From assembly GCA_002269645.1 (NCBI GenBank), contig NIVC01000126.1:310001-374000 (forward strand): 64,000 nt of DNA, given 5' to 3'. Below the pieces are notes generated by a model, which saw only the letters and a list, made by a program, of their open reading frames with translations, searched no databases and was not told the origin of the DNA. A program made the translations under genes and the position numbers. The first letter of the stretch is position 1; every line of letters begins with the position of its first letter. Origin of the DNA: Macrostomum lignano. Taxonomy: Eukaryota. This document shows positions 34,402 through 46,668 of the stretch, piece by piece.

Positions 34402-35559
34402 TTAGGCCTAGTCACTTTGTTAATGTTACCCTAACTGGCATTTTGTCAAATGGTTAACAAAGTGATTGTTTGGCAGGGGTAGCAGCATTTGCAATTGACA
34501 AAGTTACCTTATTTTTTAATTAGGGCTAACCTGGCTAAGGACCTACAGTTAGGGCCTAGGATGTCAATAATTTTTATTTGGGGTTTAATGGTAAATAAAT
34601 AGGCTAATTCTATATATAATTACTATATAAGTTAATTTACTAATCAAACAAAATTACAAGTCAAAAATATTGCAATTCAGTTAATAATGCAATTCAAGAT
34701 AATAATTTTTCTTGTTCAAATAATAATATTTAAATTCAAATTTCAACACTATACTAGGCCTAGGGTCTAGGCCAATGTATGCCAACCAATGCACAATGCA
34801 ATAGGCCTAGGTCCTATACAGGCTTAGTATATAGGCTTAGGCCTATATGATTTGATTTTAAAATTAAATAACCTGCTTCACCTAGCACAAATATAGCTAT
34901 AAACATGTACACAACTCACAACTGTATATAATATATGTGTGTAATGCACACTTAAATTTATGAAGTGACTAGGCCCTAGCTAGCATGTGTGTAGCATTTT
35001 AGGCCTAGCTAGTAGTTAAGAATTTTAATTTTTTATTCTTGTAGCTGTTGTAGTCCTAGCAATCTAAATCGTAGGCCCTATGCTATATTATGTTACACAA
35101 TCAGTATCATCAGTAATCAGTATCACTGATAGTGGCTCTGCCATGTAGTAGACCTCTGCCACAGAACTTATCTTATTCTTACATTTAAACAAATACTGAA
35201 ACAACAAATATTTGTCAGAAGTATTTAGTCTTGTTTAATAACCTAGCAGTGTTTAAAAGCGGTTGTTTTTTTCGTTTGCTGGTGGTGCATCTAACATAAC
35301 AACAGGGTGCACCTTAACCCCATAACATTCGGCCACTCAGAAACATTGAATCTGGACTGATCCACATTGACCACCTATAAATTACATTCTAAGAAGATCA
35401 TGAGGGGCCGATTTAACACCGAAATTTTTTTTTGCATAGTATAACGAAGTAAAAGTATATTTCATTATAGATATTGGTACGGATAAAGTTAAACTCATAA
35501 TATCTAAAGTCAATTGTTTTAATTGGAAAATATTTATAAATTAACAAAAAAACTAAAAA

Positions 35560-36703
35560 AAGCCCCGCTTGATTCAAATCGTGCACGACAACACGCCAAC
35601 TGGACGACTTCGCCAAGGACGACTGAAGTCGTCCTTGCAACAACACGCATGGCTGCAGCCTGCAAATATGTACAGTTTTGTGATGATGAATTCAACTGCG
35701 GCCGATGTGGGTGTTTAATATTAGTTCCAGTAAGTATATTCCCCAATTTCGGATTTGTTGCTCGGACTGACAGCCTGGGTGTGAGTCAGGTGGAGGCAGC
35801 CGACGTGCTGCAGGACCGGAGACTGACCACCAGGCAGCTGGCTAGCTGATGCCATAGGGTGTCCTACGACTCAGTCTACAATTGATCCTGACCGAGGACC
35901 TTGGGATGCGCAAGGTCGTGCCAAGTGGGTGCCGCATCTGCTCGCTTACGATCAGCGGGCTCGGTAGGTCGCCTTGTGCTCATCCAACCTGCAGCGGTGT
36001 TGGCGGGAGGGCATGGCGTTCCTGGAAAGGATCGTTGCCTGCGACGAAACCAGGGCGCATTCTTGGAAGGCGAGTTGAAGCGGCAGAGTGCCACATGGTG
36101 CAGGGCCAGGTTCTCCGCGACCTCAAAAGGCCATCCGGAGCATCGGCCAGTTGAAGGTCATGCACGTGACTTTCTTCGACCTGTTCGATCAGCCTGTGCT
36201 AGTGGGGCAGACGGTCAATGGTGATTTCTACCTGTCGGTTCTAGTGAAAGTTCGGCGTGCCATTCGGGACAAAAGGCCTGCTGCACTTCACGCGGCTGGT
36301 CCGATTCTGCGCTTCACGACAACGCAGCCCCGCAAGCGTGCTGGCTACGATCGAGTCGTGGGGGTGGGAAATTCTTCTGCATCCGCCTTATTCCCCGGAC
36401 TAAGTCCATATGCGACTTTTTCCTCTTCCCTCGCATCAAGGAGTCGATGCGGGGCCAGCGTTTCAGCGCAGAGGAATTGACGTGAATCGGGCCCACAAGG
36501 CTGGCATTGCCGCTGTGACGAACAATGGCATGACTGCAGGCATTGACGGGCTGGTGCGGCGTTGGGAGAAGTGCATTGAAGCTGAGGGCTCATACTTTGA
36601 GTGAATAGATGTTAAGGAAGACATTTGTAACTTTTCATGTTTCTACTGTTTATCGTTCTCAAGTTATTACAATATGCACAGAACTTTTCTGACAACCCTC
36701 ATA
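35560..36703 (+). pseudogene. Degenerate mariner (DD-D) transposase with right TIR
   Basis: Frameshifted motifs: DRRLTTRQLA, ILTEDLGMRKV..WVPHLL, FLERIVACDET, GQTVNGDFY, LHDNA, ..CDFFLFP. Right TIR GAACTTTTCTGACAACCCTCATA (36681-36703) ends in TA. Left TIR not found. Confidence 0.85.
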
Positions 36704-37094
36704 AGTCAAGAAGTCTGAAAAAAGCTACTAGCTACATGCATATTTTATTTCATGTTACACGTAAGAATTATGACTGAGCTTTAGGAGCTTTTTGGCTGCG
36801 AACGAACATGTATAGCTAGGCCACACTACTTCCCACGACCAGCCCAAGTGAGCCATTAAAGCGCAAGATCCTCGCAGGCGTCGCGGGAACCAAGCTATCA
36901 AGGTGAGAGAGAAACCGCGTGCTGGCAGCGTATAGAAGTTCCGTCGCCATCGAATCTCAGCAGCCTCGATGTCGTCCGGCACGCACAGCACGACACACTC
37001 GCGCCGCAACAACAATCAATTAATTGTCCAGCAGCCGTCTCCTGCAGGACGAAGCCCTCTATGCACCATGTTATCTCTCCGAATCTTGAAACCT

Positions 37095-38430
37095 CCGACA
37101 CTTCATATCTCCGACACTTCATATCTCCGACACTTCATATCTCCCACACTTCATATCTCCGACACTTCATATCTCCGACACTTCATATCTCCGACACTTC
37201 ATATCTCCCACACTTCATATCTCCGACACTTCATATCTCCGACACTTCATATCTCCGACACTTCATATCTCCGACACTTCATATCTCCGACACTTCATAT
37301 CTCCGACACTTCATATCTCCGACACTTCATATCTCCGACACTTCATATCTCCCACACTTCATATTTCCGATACTTCATATCTCCGACACTTCATATCTCT
37401 GACACTTCATATCTCCGACACTTCATATTATCGACACTTCATATCTCCGACACTTCATATCTCCGACACTTCATATCTCCGACACTTCATATTTCCGACA
37501 CTTCATATCTCCGACACTTCATATTTCCGATACTTCATATCTCCGACACTTCATATCTCCGACACTTCATATCTCCGACACTTCATATCTCCGACACTTC
37601 ATATCTCCGACACTTCATATCTCCGACACTTCATATCTCCGACACTTCATATCTCCGACACTTCATATCTCCGACACTTCATATCTCCGACACTTCATAT
37701 CTCCGACACTTCATATCTCCGACACTTCATATCTCCGACACTTCATATCTCCGACACTTCATATCTCCGACACTTCATATCTCCCACACTTCATATTTCC
37801 GATACTTCATATCTCCGACACTTCATATCTCTGACACTTCATATCTCCGACACTTCATATCTCCGACACTTCATATCTCCGACACTTCATATCTCCGACA
37901 CTTCATATCTCCGACACTTCATATCTCCGACACTTCATATCTCCCACACTTCATATTTCCGATACTTCATATCTCCGACACTTCATATCTCTGACACTTC
38001 ATATCTCTGACACTTCATATCTCTGACACTTCATATCTCCGACACTTCATATCTCCGACACTTCATATCTCCGACACTTCATATCTCCGACACTTCATAT
38101 CTCCGACACTTCATATCTCCGACACTTCATATCTCCGACACTTCATATCTCTGACACTTCATATCTCCGACACTTCATATCTCCGACACTTCATATCTCC
38201 GAGATTTCATATCTCCGACACTTCATATCTCCGACACTTCATATCTCCGACACTTCATATCTCTGACACTTCATATCTCCGACACTTCATATCTCCGACA
38301 CTTCATATCTCCGAGATTTCATATCTCTGACATTTCATATCTCCCACACTTCATATTTCCGACACTTCATATCTCCGACACTTCATATCTCCGACACTTC
38401 ATATCTCCGACACTTCATATCTCCGACACG
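37095..38430. repeat. 16-bp minisatellite (CCGACACTTCATATCT), about 83 copies
   Basis: Exact tandem periodicity. Confidence 0.98.
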
Positions 38431-38811
38431 TCATATTGACTTGAGATTTAAAATATAGCTAAATGTGGATAGATAATCGTAAATTAAATAAAACATAACT
38501 ACTATACAAGGCATCACTACAGTACGTATACAGCTTCTCAATACCCCCAGCTTCATTGTTAAATAGTTAATGAAGAGGTCCAATTGACAGTCAAAAAAGG
38601 ACAACAGCGCGGTAGAAAGTCAAACAGCAGCTATAACATGCTTTTGGATTGGGATTAACCATGGCTTTGGTATAAGACATCAGTAGCCAAATGCATACTG
38701 CATGAGACATCTTACTCTTGCCGATATAAGTCACATGGCTGCGTCAAGAGCTGCGCGCGCTCAAATTGATGGCCATACAGTGCGGACAGTCGCTAAAGCA
38801 GTGAAGCTGGT

Positions 38812-41800
38812 ATGATTTCTTGCGGGACGAAAACGTCACCACGGAGACCAGCGACGTCCTGCTGCGAGCACACGCTGGCGGATCAGCTGTACAAAGCTGC
38901 GGCATCCGGCGACAGCCAGGTGAAAAAAATGCTTATTGTAGTACTGATATGTACGTAGCTATACAGTAAAACTTTCTTTTTCCTTTCAAAGCCTGTGTTA
39001 CCTTAGCAACTGAGGATCTGAAATGCCGGCCCAGCAACTGAGAATGGAGCTGGCAGCATGGCCCTGAAAATGAAGATGGAGCGGGGAGGCTGGGGCAGCA
39101 ACTGAGGATAGAGCTGGGAGGCTGGCTCAGAAACTGAGGATGGAGCTGGGAGGCTGGCTCAGCAACTGAAGATGGAGCGGGGAGGCTGGGCCAGCAACTG
39201 AGGATGGAGCTGGGAGGCAGGGTCAGCAACTGAGGATGGAGCTGGGAGGCTGGTCCAGCAGCTTAAGATGGAGCTGGGAGGCTGGCCCAGAAACTGAGGA
39301 TCTGGGAGGGCTGGCTCAGAAACTGAGGATCTGCGAGGCTGGCCCAGAAACTGAAGATGGAGCGGGCAGGCTGGTCCAGCAACTGAGGATGGAGCTGGGA
39401 GGCTGGCCCTGCAACTGAGGATCTGGGTGGCTGGCTCGGCAACTGAGTGTCAAGGAAATCAGAGACCCCAAAACCCGAAGGATCTGGGAGACTAGAAATC
39501 CCAACACTCAAGAACCGCAGCTCACTTCGAGTTCCCCCAATTCCAATCCCTCCAGATACTGCGCCAGATTCTCTCCGGAAGCGCCGGCGCTCCGCCAGCC
39601 GACCCGAACAGCCGGGAGTCCCGTCTCGGTCGCACCGCCCTGATGGCCGCCTGCGCCAGCAATGCGCCAGTCAGTGTCGGCGTGCTGCTCCGACTGAACG
39701 TCGGGCGTCGAGTTCCCGTCCTCGACGTCGAAGCTCGAGACCGATTCGGCAATACGGCATTGATATTGGCGGCTAAAAGCAATTCAGCGAAGGCGATGCG
39801 AGTCCTGCTTGACGGTTGCGGCGGCGGAGGGTACAAAGCGAACGCTCAGAACGATGCGGGCGAGACGGCACTGATGAGCGCGGCCGAAAATGACTTGGTT
39901 ACTGTTGCTAGGCTGCTCATAGATAAGGTGAGTTTTAGATGACGGTTTCAGATTTTATTAAATTGTATGACCGAGAGACTGTATGACCGAGTGACTGTAT
40001 GACCGAGTGACTTAATGACCGAGTGACTGTATGACCGAGTGACTGAATGACCGAGTGACTGTATGACCGAGTGACTGTGTAATATATTGAAGCTAAAGGC
40101 TTGTAGTGAATGCGTAGGAAAGTTGAACGTGGAGAGCCAGTACACACAACTGGGCTCTTATATGACTTGTTTATTCTTATTCATCAACCCTAGGACTAAA
40201 GAGGGTGGTTGGCCTGACTGCTCAGACCCCACCATGCTAGCCACGCGTAAAACGCAAACAACCCGACGCAGTGCACATGCACTGAAACACACTAGCCAAT
40301 CAGCGCGCACGCAAATACTAACTAACTAAGAATGCACAAAGCATAATATTGCAATAATAAAAATACACTAGCATATCGCCACAATGTCACACTTCCCCCT
40401 GAGTCAGTTCTCCCCTTCACAGCTGAAGTCTCTGAGGTGGGCCTCGAACCCTCAGTGGGTACCGCCGTGTAGTGCCCGGCTCGTGTCGCACGCCGCTCGC
40501 ATGCTCGTCGTCAGTGCCGGATGACGCCCCACAGGCCGTGTCGGCGACGGCTGCGGCGTCAGCGCTTTGCACGCCGCTGTCACTCGGGGCGGCGCCGTCA
40601 TCCGTAGCAGGCGGCGGATGGACGGTGTCGGCGGAGTCAGCGCGGGCTGCCACCAGCTGATCAGCGTGCCGGAAGTGCTGGCCTCGCTCCGAGTCAACCG
40701 TGTAGTTGCGGCTGCCGGCGCCCGTGACGACACCCTCAGCCCAGCGTGGCGTGTCGCCGGCTCTCGCGCCGGCGCTGTAGTCGCGGAGGAGGACGTGATC
40801 ACCCGGCTGAAACTCGCGCGCTGGTCTGCGTCCCTGCAGCTGCCGCTCTTGCCGCCGTTGGACGTCGTCAGCCAGCGACGGTGCCAGGAGGTCCAGACGG
40901 CAGCGAAGCCGACGGCCGATGAGCAGCTGACTCGGGGCTGCGCCGCTGATGCTGTGTGGGGTGTTGCGGTAGCTGAGCAGCAGTCGCTGAAGCTCGACGT
41001 CAGAGTGGCCGCTCTTGAGCAGATGTCGCTTCAGGACTTGCACAAACCTCTCGGCCTGGCCGTTGGTGGCGGGATGAAACGGCGCCGAGAACACGTGACG
41101 AATGCCGTTGGCCCGGGTAAACTCGGCGAACTCGGCGGAGGCGAACTGCGGCCCGTTGTCGGACACCAGGGTGCGCGGAATGCCTTGGCGCGCGAACATC
41201 TCCCGCAGAGCCGCGATGGTGGCCGCCGACGTTGTACCGCGCATCCGCTGGACCTCCGGCCACTTGCTATGAGCATCGACTACCACCAGGTACGTATGAC
41301 CGTCGACCGGACCGGCAAAGTCGATGTGCAGGCGCTCCCACGGTTCGGATGGCAGAGGCCACGGTTGCACCGGCGCCTTGGGCGGGTCGGGCTGGTTGAG
41401 CTGACAGGTGCGGCAGGACTTGGCCGCAGCTTCCAGATCGCCGTCGAGGCCGGGCCACCACACGTAGCTGCGAGCCAGGGCGCGCATTCTGCTGATGCCG
41501 GGATGCGCCTGATGTAGCTCTTGGATCACGCGTCGACGCAGCGCTGTAGGCACAACGACCCTTGCGCCCCACAGGACACAGTCTTGGTCGACTGACAGCT
41601 CCGACTGCCGCCGGGCGAAGTCGCTCAGGTCGTCGCCGATGGGCGCGCCGGTCTGCAAGCAGCGAAGCACCCGACCGAGTGAGACGTCTGTCCTAGTGTG
41701 CCGCGCCACCGCCAGCGCCGTGATGGCCGATCCGGAGCCCTCGTCGAGCAGCAGCGAGTTGACGGCCGGCTCCTCCTCGAACAGGTGCGGCAGCGGCAGC

Positions 41801-44800
41801 CGCGAGAGCGAGTCGCAGTTGGCATGCTTTTCGGTCGGCCGGAACTCCAGCGTGTAGTCGTAGCTCGACAGCCGAATGGCCCAGCGCTGCATCCGGGCGG
41901 CCGCGTGTGCCGGAATGCCCTTGCGCTCGCCCAGCAGACCCAGCAGCGGCAGATGGTCGGTGACGATGGTGAACCGCCGGCCATAGAGGAACTGGTGAAA
42001 CCGGTGCAGACCAAACATGATGGCCAGCGCCTCCTTGTCGAGCTGGGAGTAGCCGCGCTGCGCTGCTGTTAGGCTGCGGCTAGCGAAGGCGACCGCGCAG
42101 TCCTTGTCGTCGATGCGGTGCGTCAAGACGACCCCCAGGCCGTAGGGAGAGGCGTCGCACTCTAATCGCAGCGGCAGATTCGGATTGTAGTGCACGAGAA
42201 CCGGTGACTCGAGCAGCAGCCGCTTGGCCTCTGCAAATGCCTGTTGCTGCGGTGGCCCCCATGACCAGCGGGTGTTCTTGGCCAAGAGCTGGTGGAGCGG
42301 CGCCAGGACGGTAGACAAGTTGGGCAGGAACTTGCAGTACTGCGCTAGCATGCCCAGAAACGAGCGCAGCTGGCTGACGTCCTTGGGTGCTGGCGCGTCC
42401 TGGACGGCGGCGACCCGGTCCGGCAGCGGCTTGAGTCCGCTGGCGTCGATCCGATGGCCGAGGTACTCAACAGAGTCTTCGAAGAATTTGCATTTCTCTT
42501 TGTTGAGCCGCAGGCCGGCGTCCTTCAAGCGCCGCAGGACCAGCGCCAGGTTCCTCTTGTGCTGTTGCAGGGTGCTGCCGGTGACCAGAATGTCGTCGAC
42601 GAAGACTTGGACGGCATCCAGGTCTCCCAGCAGGGTGTCCAGGGTGCGTTGAAAGATCGCGCTGGCGCTCGTTATGCCGAATGGGAGGCGATTGACCTGG
42701 AAGAGGCCTCTGGGCGTGTTGATAGTGAGAAACGCCTTGCTGTCGTCGGCCAGAGGAAGCTGCAAGAAGGCGTTGGACAGATCGAGCTTGGTCCACTTGC
42801 AGCCGCCGAGCTTGGCGAAGAGGTCCTCGATGCGGGGCAGCGGGTAGTGCTCCGGCTTGCTCGCCGCGTTGTATGTCAGCTTGTAGTCTCCGCAAATCCG
42901 AACGCTGCCGTCCTTCTTGACGACCGGCACGATCGGCGCAGCCCAGTCGCTGTGCTTCACGGCGGTTATGATGCCACTGGACTCCATGCGCTGCAGTTCG
43001 GCGTCGACGCGCTCGCGCAGCGCGTAGGGGACCGGCCGCGCCTTGAAGAACCTGGGCTGAGCGTCCTCGGAGACTTGAAGCCGCACCTGGCCGTGCCGGA
43101 ACTCGCCTAGGCCGTCCTCGAAGACTGGTGCAAACTCCTTGACGATGCTGCCGATGTCTTCGGAGTCGTGGACGGCGTGAACCTGCGCCATGATGCTCGG
43201 CCAGTCTAGCCGCAGCTTGGCCAGCCAGTCGCGACCGAGCAGGGCCGTGTCGCCGTGCTTGACGATCAGCAGGGGCAACTGCAGCTGCTGACCATCTTGC
43301 TGAACGGAGACCAACGCTTGGCCGAGAGGGCGGAACTGCTCGTCGGTGAAGGTGCGTAGGACAGCAACGGACGGTGACATGGAGAGCCGCGGTAGAAGCA
43401 TGAGCTGCAGAAACTCGGGCATCAGAGTGACGGCGGAGCCCGTATCGATGACAAACCGGCATGGCTGGCCATTGACTTGCAGCTGCACCGTCGGACCCGC
43501 GTTGCCACCAGCCGGCTGCACGGCAAAAATCGGCAGCTGCGCGGAGGCTTTCGGTGGTGGTGTCGGTGTCGCTTCTTGTAGAAAATGCAGCTTGGCTGAG
43601 CGACAGACCTTGCGAATATGGCCCGTCTTTCCGCACGCGTGGCATTTAGCGTCTCGCAGCTTACACTGCTGGCGACTGTGAGCACCGCCGCAGCTTGCAC
43701 AGGTGCCACTGCCGGTGTTGCCGCTGCTGCCGACTCCGCTTCTGCTGTTGTTGCCACCGCCCTTGCGCTGCTGCGAACCTTCGAGCGCTGGCTTGGGTCC
43801 TTGGCGCTTATTCAGCTGGTGAGCGCGCAGCTGGGCTACTTGTGCTGCTGACTTCTGCGCCATCTCCGATGATGACCGCTCCACTGCCTCGAGGGATAGA
43901 ACTCTCTCCTGCAGCGAGTTGAAGGTGGGATTTTTCTCCTCCAGCAGCTTCGCTCGGTAGGCATCGCTGTGCAGGCCGAAAACCAGCTGGTCTCGCAGTC
44001 GCTCATCTAGAGTGCCGCCGAAGTGACAGTGCTCACACGGGGAAGCACTGAAATTGCAGTGACTTGACAAGGCCTTCAGGCTGGCAACGAACTCGGCAAG
44101 GCTCTCGCCAGGCTGCTGCAGGCGTCTTTGGAACCGAAATCTGGCTGCCAACTCGGACGGCTTTGGAGCGTAGTGGTCCTCCAGAATCTTGGTCAACTGG
44201 GCCAGAGACTTGTCGGAGACCTTGGCAGGTATACACAAGTTTCTCAACACGGTATATGCCTCCTCACCGATGGCAGTGACGAGTGTGGCCACTTTAGCTT
44301 CTTCCTTTACCTCCTTGCAGGTAAAGTAATGGTCGAGCCGTTCCAGCCAGACCTCAATGTTAGTATTGGCAGTTAGTATTGGAATTCCACCCAGCGCGGA
44401 GCTCGTCGCCATTGTAATATATTGAAGCTAAAGGCTTGTAGTGAATGCGTAGGAAAGTTGAACGTGGAGAGCCAGTACACACAACTGGGCTCTTATATGA
44501 CTTGTTTATTCTTATTCATCAACCCTAGGACTAAAGAGGGTGGTTGGCCTGACTGCTCAGACCCCACCATGCTAGCCACGCGTAAAACGCAAACAACCCG
44601 ACGCAGTGCACATGCACTGAAACACACTAGCCAATCAGCGCGCACGCAAATACTAACTAACTAAGAATGCACAAAGCATAATATTGCAATAATAAAAATA
44701 CACTAGCATATCGCCACAATGTCACAGACTGTATGACCGAGTGACTGTATGACCGAGTGACTGTATGACCGAGTGACTGTATGACCGAGTGACTGTATGA

Positions 44801-46596
44801 CCGAGTGACTGTATGACAGAGTGACTGCAAGTCCTAAGAAAGAAACGAAAATGGAAACAGACGGGTCAGACGCCACCGCCGCATGCAGGGCTGCAACCTG
44901 GAGTGCCGCAGGAACTCAGGCGACACCGCCCTGAGCCTGGCCGCTATCAACGACAATCTTGGCGTGGCCATCGAACTGCTAGACGCCGGAGCGAGCACCG
45001 AGACGGCCAGCTACGACAACGGGTTCACGCCGTTGCTATGGGCCTGCGCATCCGATAGCTACAATGTGGCACTCGAACTGTACAGTCGCGGCGTCTCGGC
45101 CAGACAGACGAGCCGGTGTAAAAATCGCTACACACCGTTGATTGTGTGCGCGTTCTCCGATTCGCGTCGGGTTGGACAGTTGCTATGCGACGCATTTTTC
45201 TCGCCTGGCAAGGGCGGCGACGGCCGAGGCGGTCTCGACGCCACCGACTCGAATGGTCAGACAGCGCTGATGTGGTGCGCAAGGCGGGATCGAGTCCAGA
45301 TGGCCGCCTGCCTGCTGAGGGCCGGTGCTACCGTTGCTATGGCAACAACGACGACAACGCGTCCTGATGTACTTTTAGTTATTGATGATGATGGCGGTGA
45401 AGACCAAAGAGAGTGAGGCTGTGTGATTGGTTGTACTGAGCTGTAGTAGTCTAGGCTAAATTACAGTAGCCTTGCCTCCCCTGATAAAATTAGCCTCGCC
45501 TCCCCCGATTACAGTAGCCTTGCCTCCCCCGATTACAGTAGCATTGCCTCCCCCGATTACAGTAGCCTTGCCTCCCCCGATTACAGTAGCCTTGCCTCCC
45601 CCGATTACAGTAGCCTTGCCTCCCCTCAATTACAGTAGCCTTGCCTCCCCTCAATTACAGTAGCCTTGCCTCCCCTCAATTACAGTAGCCTTGCCTCCCC
45701 TCAATTACAGTAGCCTTGCCCCATCACTTACAGTAGCCTTGCCCCCTCAATTACAGTAGCCTTGCCCCATCACTTACAGTAGCCCTGCCGCCTCAATTAC
45801 AGTAGCCTTGCCCCATCAATTACAGTAGCCCTGCCCCATCAATTACAGTAGCCCTGCCGCCTCAATTACAGTAGTCTTGCCCCCTCTCCAGCTTAATGGC
45901 ATTTTAAAAAACTTTCTAAGAAACAAGGCGCATTTAGTTCTTTACTTTTAACAGTCCTTAGTCATAGATGATGGGCCACAGTTCATAAAAGGCCTCATTA
46001 ACAATTTCAGAGCATCAAAATCGAAGTCACCCAGCGTTGCACCCGTCAGTCGTCAGCAGGAAAATGATTGCGCAATGTCTATCGCAGTTGCTAGGGCCTC
46101 GCGACGTGTTGCCAGGCTACTACTCGACCATTGCAAATCGGGCAGCGAAACGTCAGCATCCACGGCAGCTTGGCTGCACAGTCGCCGTTGGACATTTCTA
46201 GATATTTGCTGCTTGTATAATCGAGCTCAAATAGCCGAATGGTTGTTGCTAAGCGACGACGCGTTGCTTAGCAACGATCTGTCGCTTAGTGGCGGCAACA
46301 ACTCCGTGACAGTCGAAGCGACCACTAGGCGACTGCAATTAGCAGCAATCCGCTGCGCCAGAAGTGGCTCAGTTGACACTCTGGCAGTCCTGACTGCGGC
46401 CAAGCCCGACTTGCTGCTTCTAACGACATTTGGCGCCAATTCAAATCCGTCTCAATCCGGACGCAGACGCTTGCAACAGCAGAGCTGCCAGACGCTGTCG
46501 CCGACGCTGCTCCAGCTGGCCAGAGACGCCTGTCTGCCGGCCGAAGCTTTGCAGCTGCTGACGAATGCGGCGAGAAGAAATCCGCCGACAGCATGA
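38812..46596 (+). CDS. Ankyrin-repeat protein, 4 exons, about 529 aa
   Basis: Exons 38812-38919, 39556-39927, 44889-45412 and 46011-46596 join in frame. Ankyrin motifs GRTALMAAC, GNTALILAA, GETALMSAA, GDTALSLAA, GFTPLLWAC and GQTALMWCA. Exon 1 is the least certain. Confidence 0.82.
39010..39445. repeat. ~32-35-bp minisatellite in ankyrin intron 1
   Basis: Units with the core CAACTGAGGATGGAGCTGGGAGGCTGG. Confidence 0.88.
40078..44726 (-). mobile_element. Full-length Ty3/Gypsy (Mag-like) LTR retrotransposon, element 2
   Basis: 314-bp LTRs at 40078-40391 and 44413-44726, identical by eye. TSD GACTG at 40073-40077 and 44727-44731. PBS TGGCGACGAG at 44411-44402. PPT AGGGGGAAG at 40400-40392. Confidence 0.97.
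40417..44412 (-). CDS. Gag-Pol polyprotein, 1331 aa
   Basis: Zinc knuckles CASCGGAHSRQQC and CHACGKTGHIRKVC; protease IDTGS; RT FVDD; RNase H CDASPYGLG; integrase HQAH..CRTC plus DDE core. Confidence 0.97.
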   Translation of the reverse strand: MATSSALGGIPILTANTNIEVWLERLDHYFTCKEVKEEAKVATLVTAIGEEAYTVLRNLCIPAKVSDKSLAQLTKILEDHYAPKPSELAARFRFQRRLQQPGESLAEFVASLKALSSHCNFSASPCEHCHFGGTLDERLRDQLVFGLHSDAYRAKLLEEKNPTFNSLQERVLSLEAVERSSSEMAQKSAAQVAQLRAHQLNKRQGPKPALEGSQQRKGGGNNSRSGVGSSGNTGSGTCASCGGAHSRQQCKLRDAKCHACGKTGHIRKVCRSAKLHFLQEATPTPPPKASAQLPIFAVQPAGGNAGPTVQLQVNGQPCRFVIDTGSAVTLMPEFLQLMLLPRLSMSPSVAVLRTFTDEQFRPLGQALVSVQQDGQQLQLPLLIVKHGDTALLGRDWLAKLRLDWPSIMAQVHAVHDSEDIGSIVKEFAPVFEDGLGEFRHGQVRLQVSEDAQPRFFKARPVPYALRERVDAELQRMESSGIITAVKHSDWAAPIVPVVKKDGSVRICGDYKLTYNAASKPEHYPLPRIEDLFAKLGGCKWTKLDLSNAFLQLPLADDSKAFLTINTPRGLFQVNRLPFGITSASAIFQRTLDTLLGDLDAVQVFVDDILVTGSTLQQHKRNLALVLRRLKDAGLRLNKEKCKFFEDSVEYLGHRIDASGLKPLPDRVAAVQDAPAPKDVSQLRSFLGMLAQYCKFLPNLSTVLAPLHQLLAKNTRWSWGPPQQQAFAEAKRLLLESPVLVHYNPNLPLRLECDASPYGLGVVLTHRIDDKDCAVAFASRSLTAAQRGYSQLDKEALAIMFGLHRFHQFLYGRRFTIVTDHLPLLGLLGERKGIPAHAAARMQRWAIRLSSYDYTLEFRPTEKHANCDSLSRLPLPHLFEEEPAVNSLLLDEGSGSAITALAVARHTRTDVSLGRVLRCLQTGAPIGDDLSDFARRQSELSVDQDCVLWGARVVVPTALRRRVIQELHQAHPGISRMRALARSYVWWPGLDGDLEAAAKSCRTCQLNQPDPPKAPVQPWPLPSEPWERLHIDFAGPVDGHTYLVVVDAHSKWPEVQRMRGTTSAATIAALREMFARQGIPRTLVSDNGPQFASAEFAEFTRANGIRHVFSAPFHPATNGQAERFVQVLKRHLLKSGHSDVELQRLLLSYRNTPHSISGAAPSQLLIGRRLRCRLDLLAPSLADDVQRRQERQLQGRRPAREFQPGDHVLLRDYSAGARAGDTPRWAEGVVTGAGSRNYTVDSERGQHFRHADQLVAARADSADTVHPPPATDDGAAPSDSGVQSADAAAVADTACGASSGTDDEHASGVRHEPGTTRRYPLRVRGPPQRLQL
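45468..45885. repeat. 24/23-bp minisatellite (ATTACAGTAGCCTTGCCTCCCCCG) in ankyrin intron 3
   Basis: About 17 tandem units. Confidence 0.93.
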
Positions 46597-46668
46597 TCGA
46601 TTTTGACTGGAATTTCAACGGACAAACATATCTGCATGCCCTTAGTTCTGCTGCATGTATACCTAGCA

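Larger units (their letters stand above)
39965..44828. repeat. 16-bp minisatellite (GACTGTATGACCGAGT) in ankyrin intron 2, split by Gypsy element 2
   Basis: Units at 39965-40077 and 44727-44828. Confidence 0.9.

Noticed and set aside
35399-35420. Candidate left TIR of the mariner relic
   Set aside because: Only ATGAGGG matches the right TIR, which is too weak to call.
36760-37060. GC-rich exon-like island next to the 16-bp array
   Set aside because: There are splice-like sites on both strands, but frames are interrupted by stops and I found no partner exon or recognisable protein.
40087-40329. Identical 80-aa ORFs at 40087-40329 and 44422-44664 (and similar pairs in the element 1 LTRs)
   Set aside because: They are simply the two LTR copies and have no coding signature.
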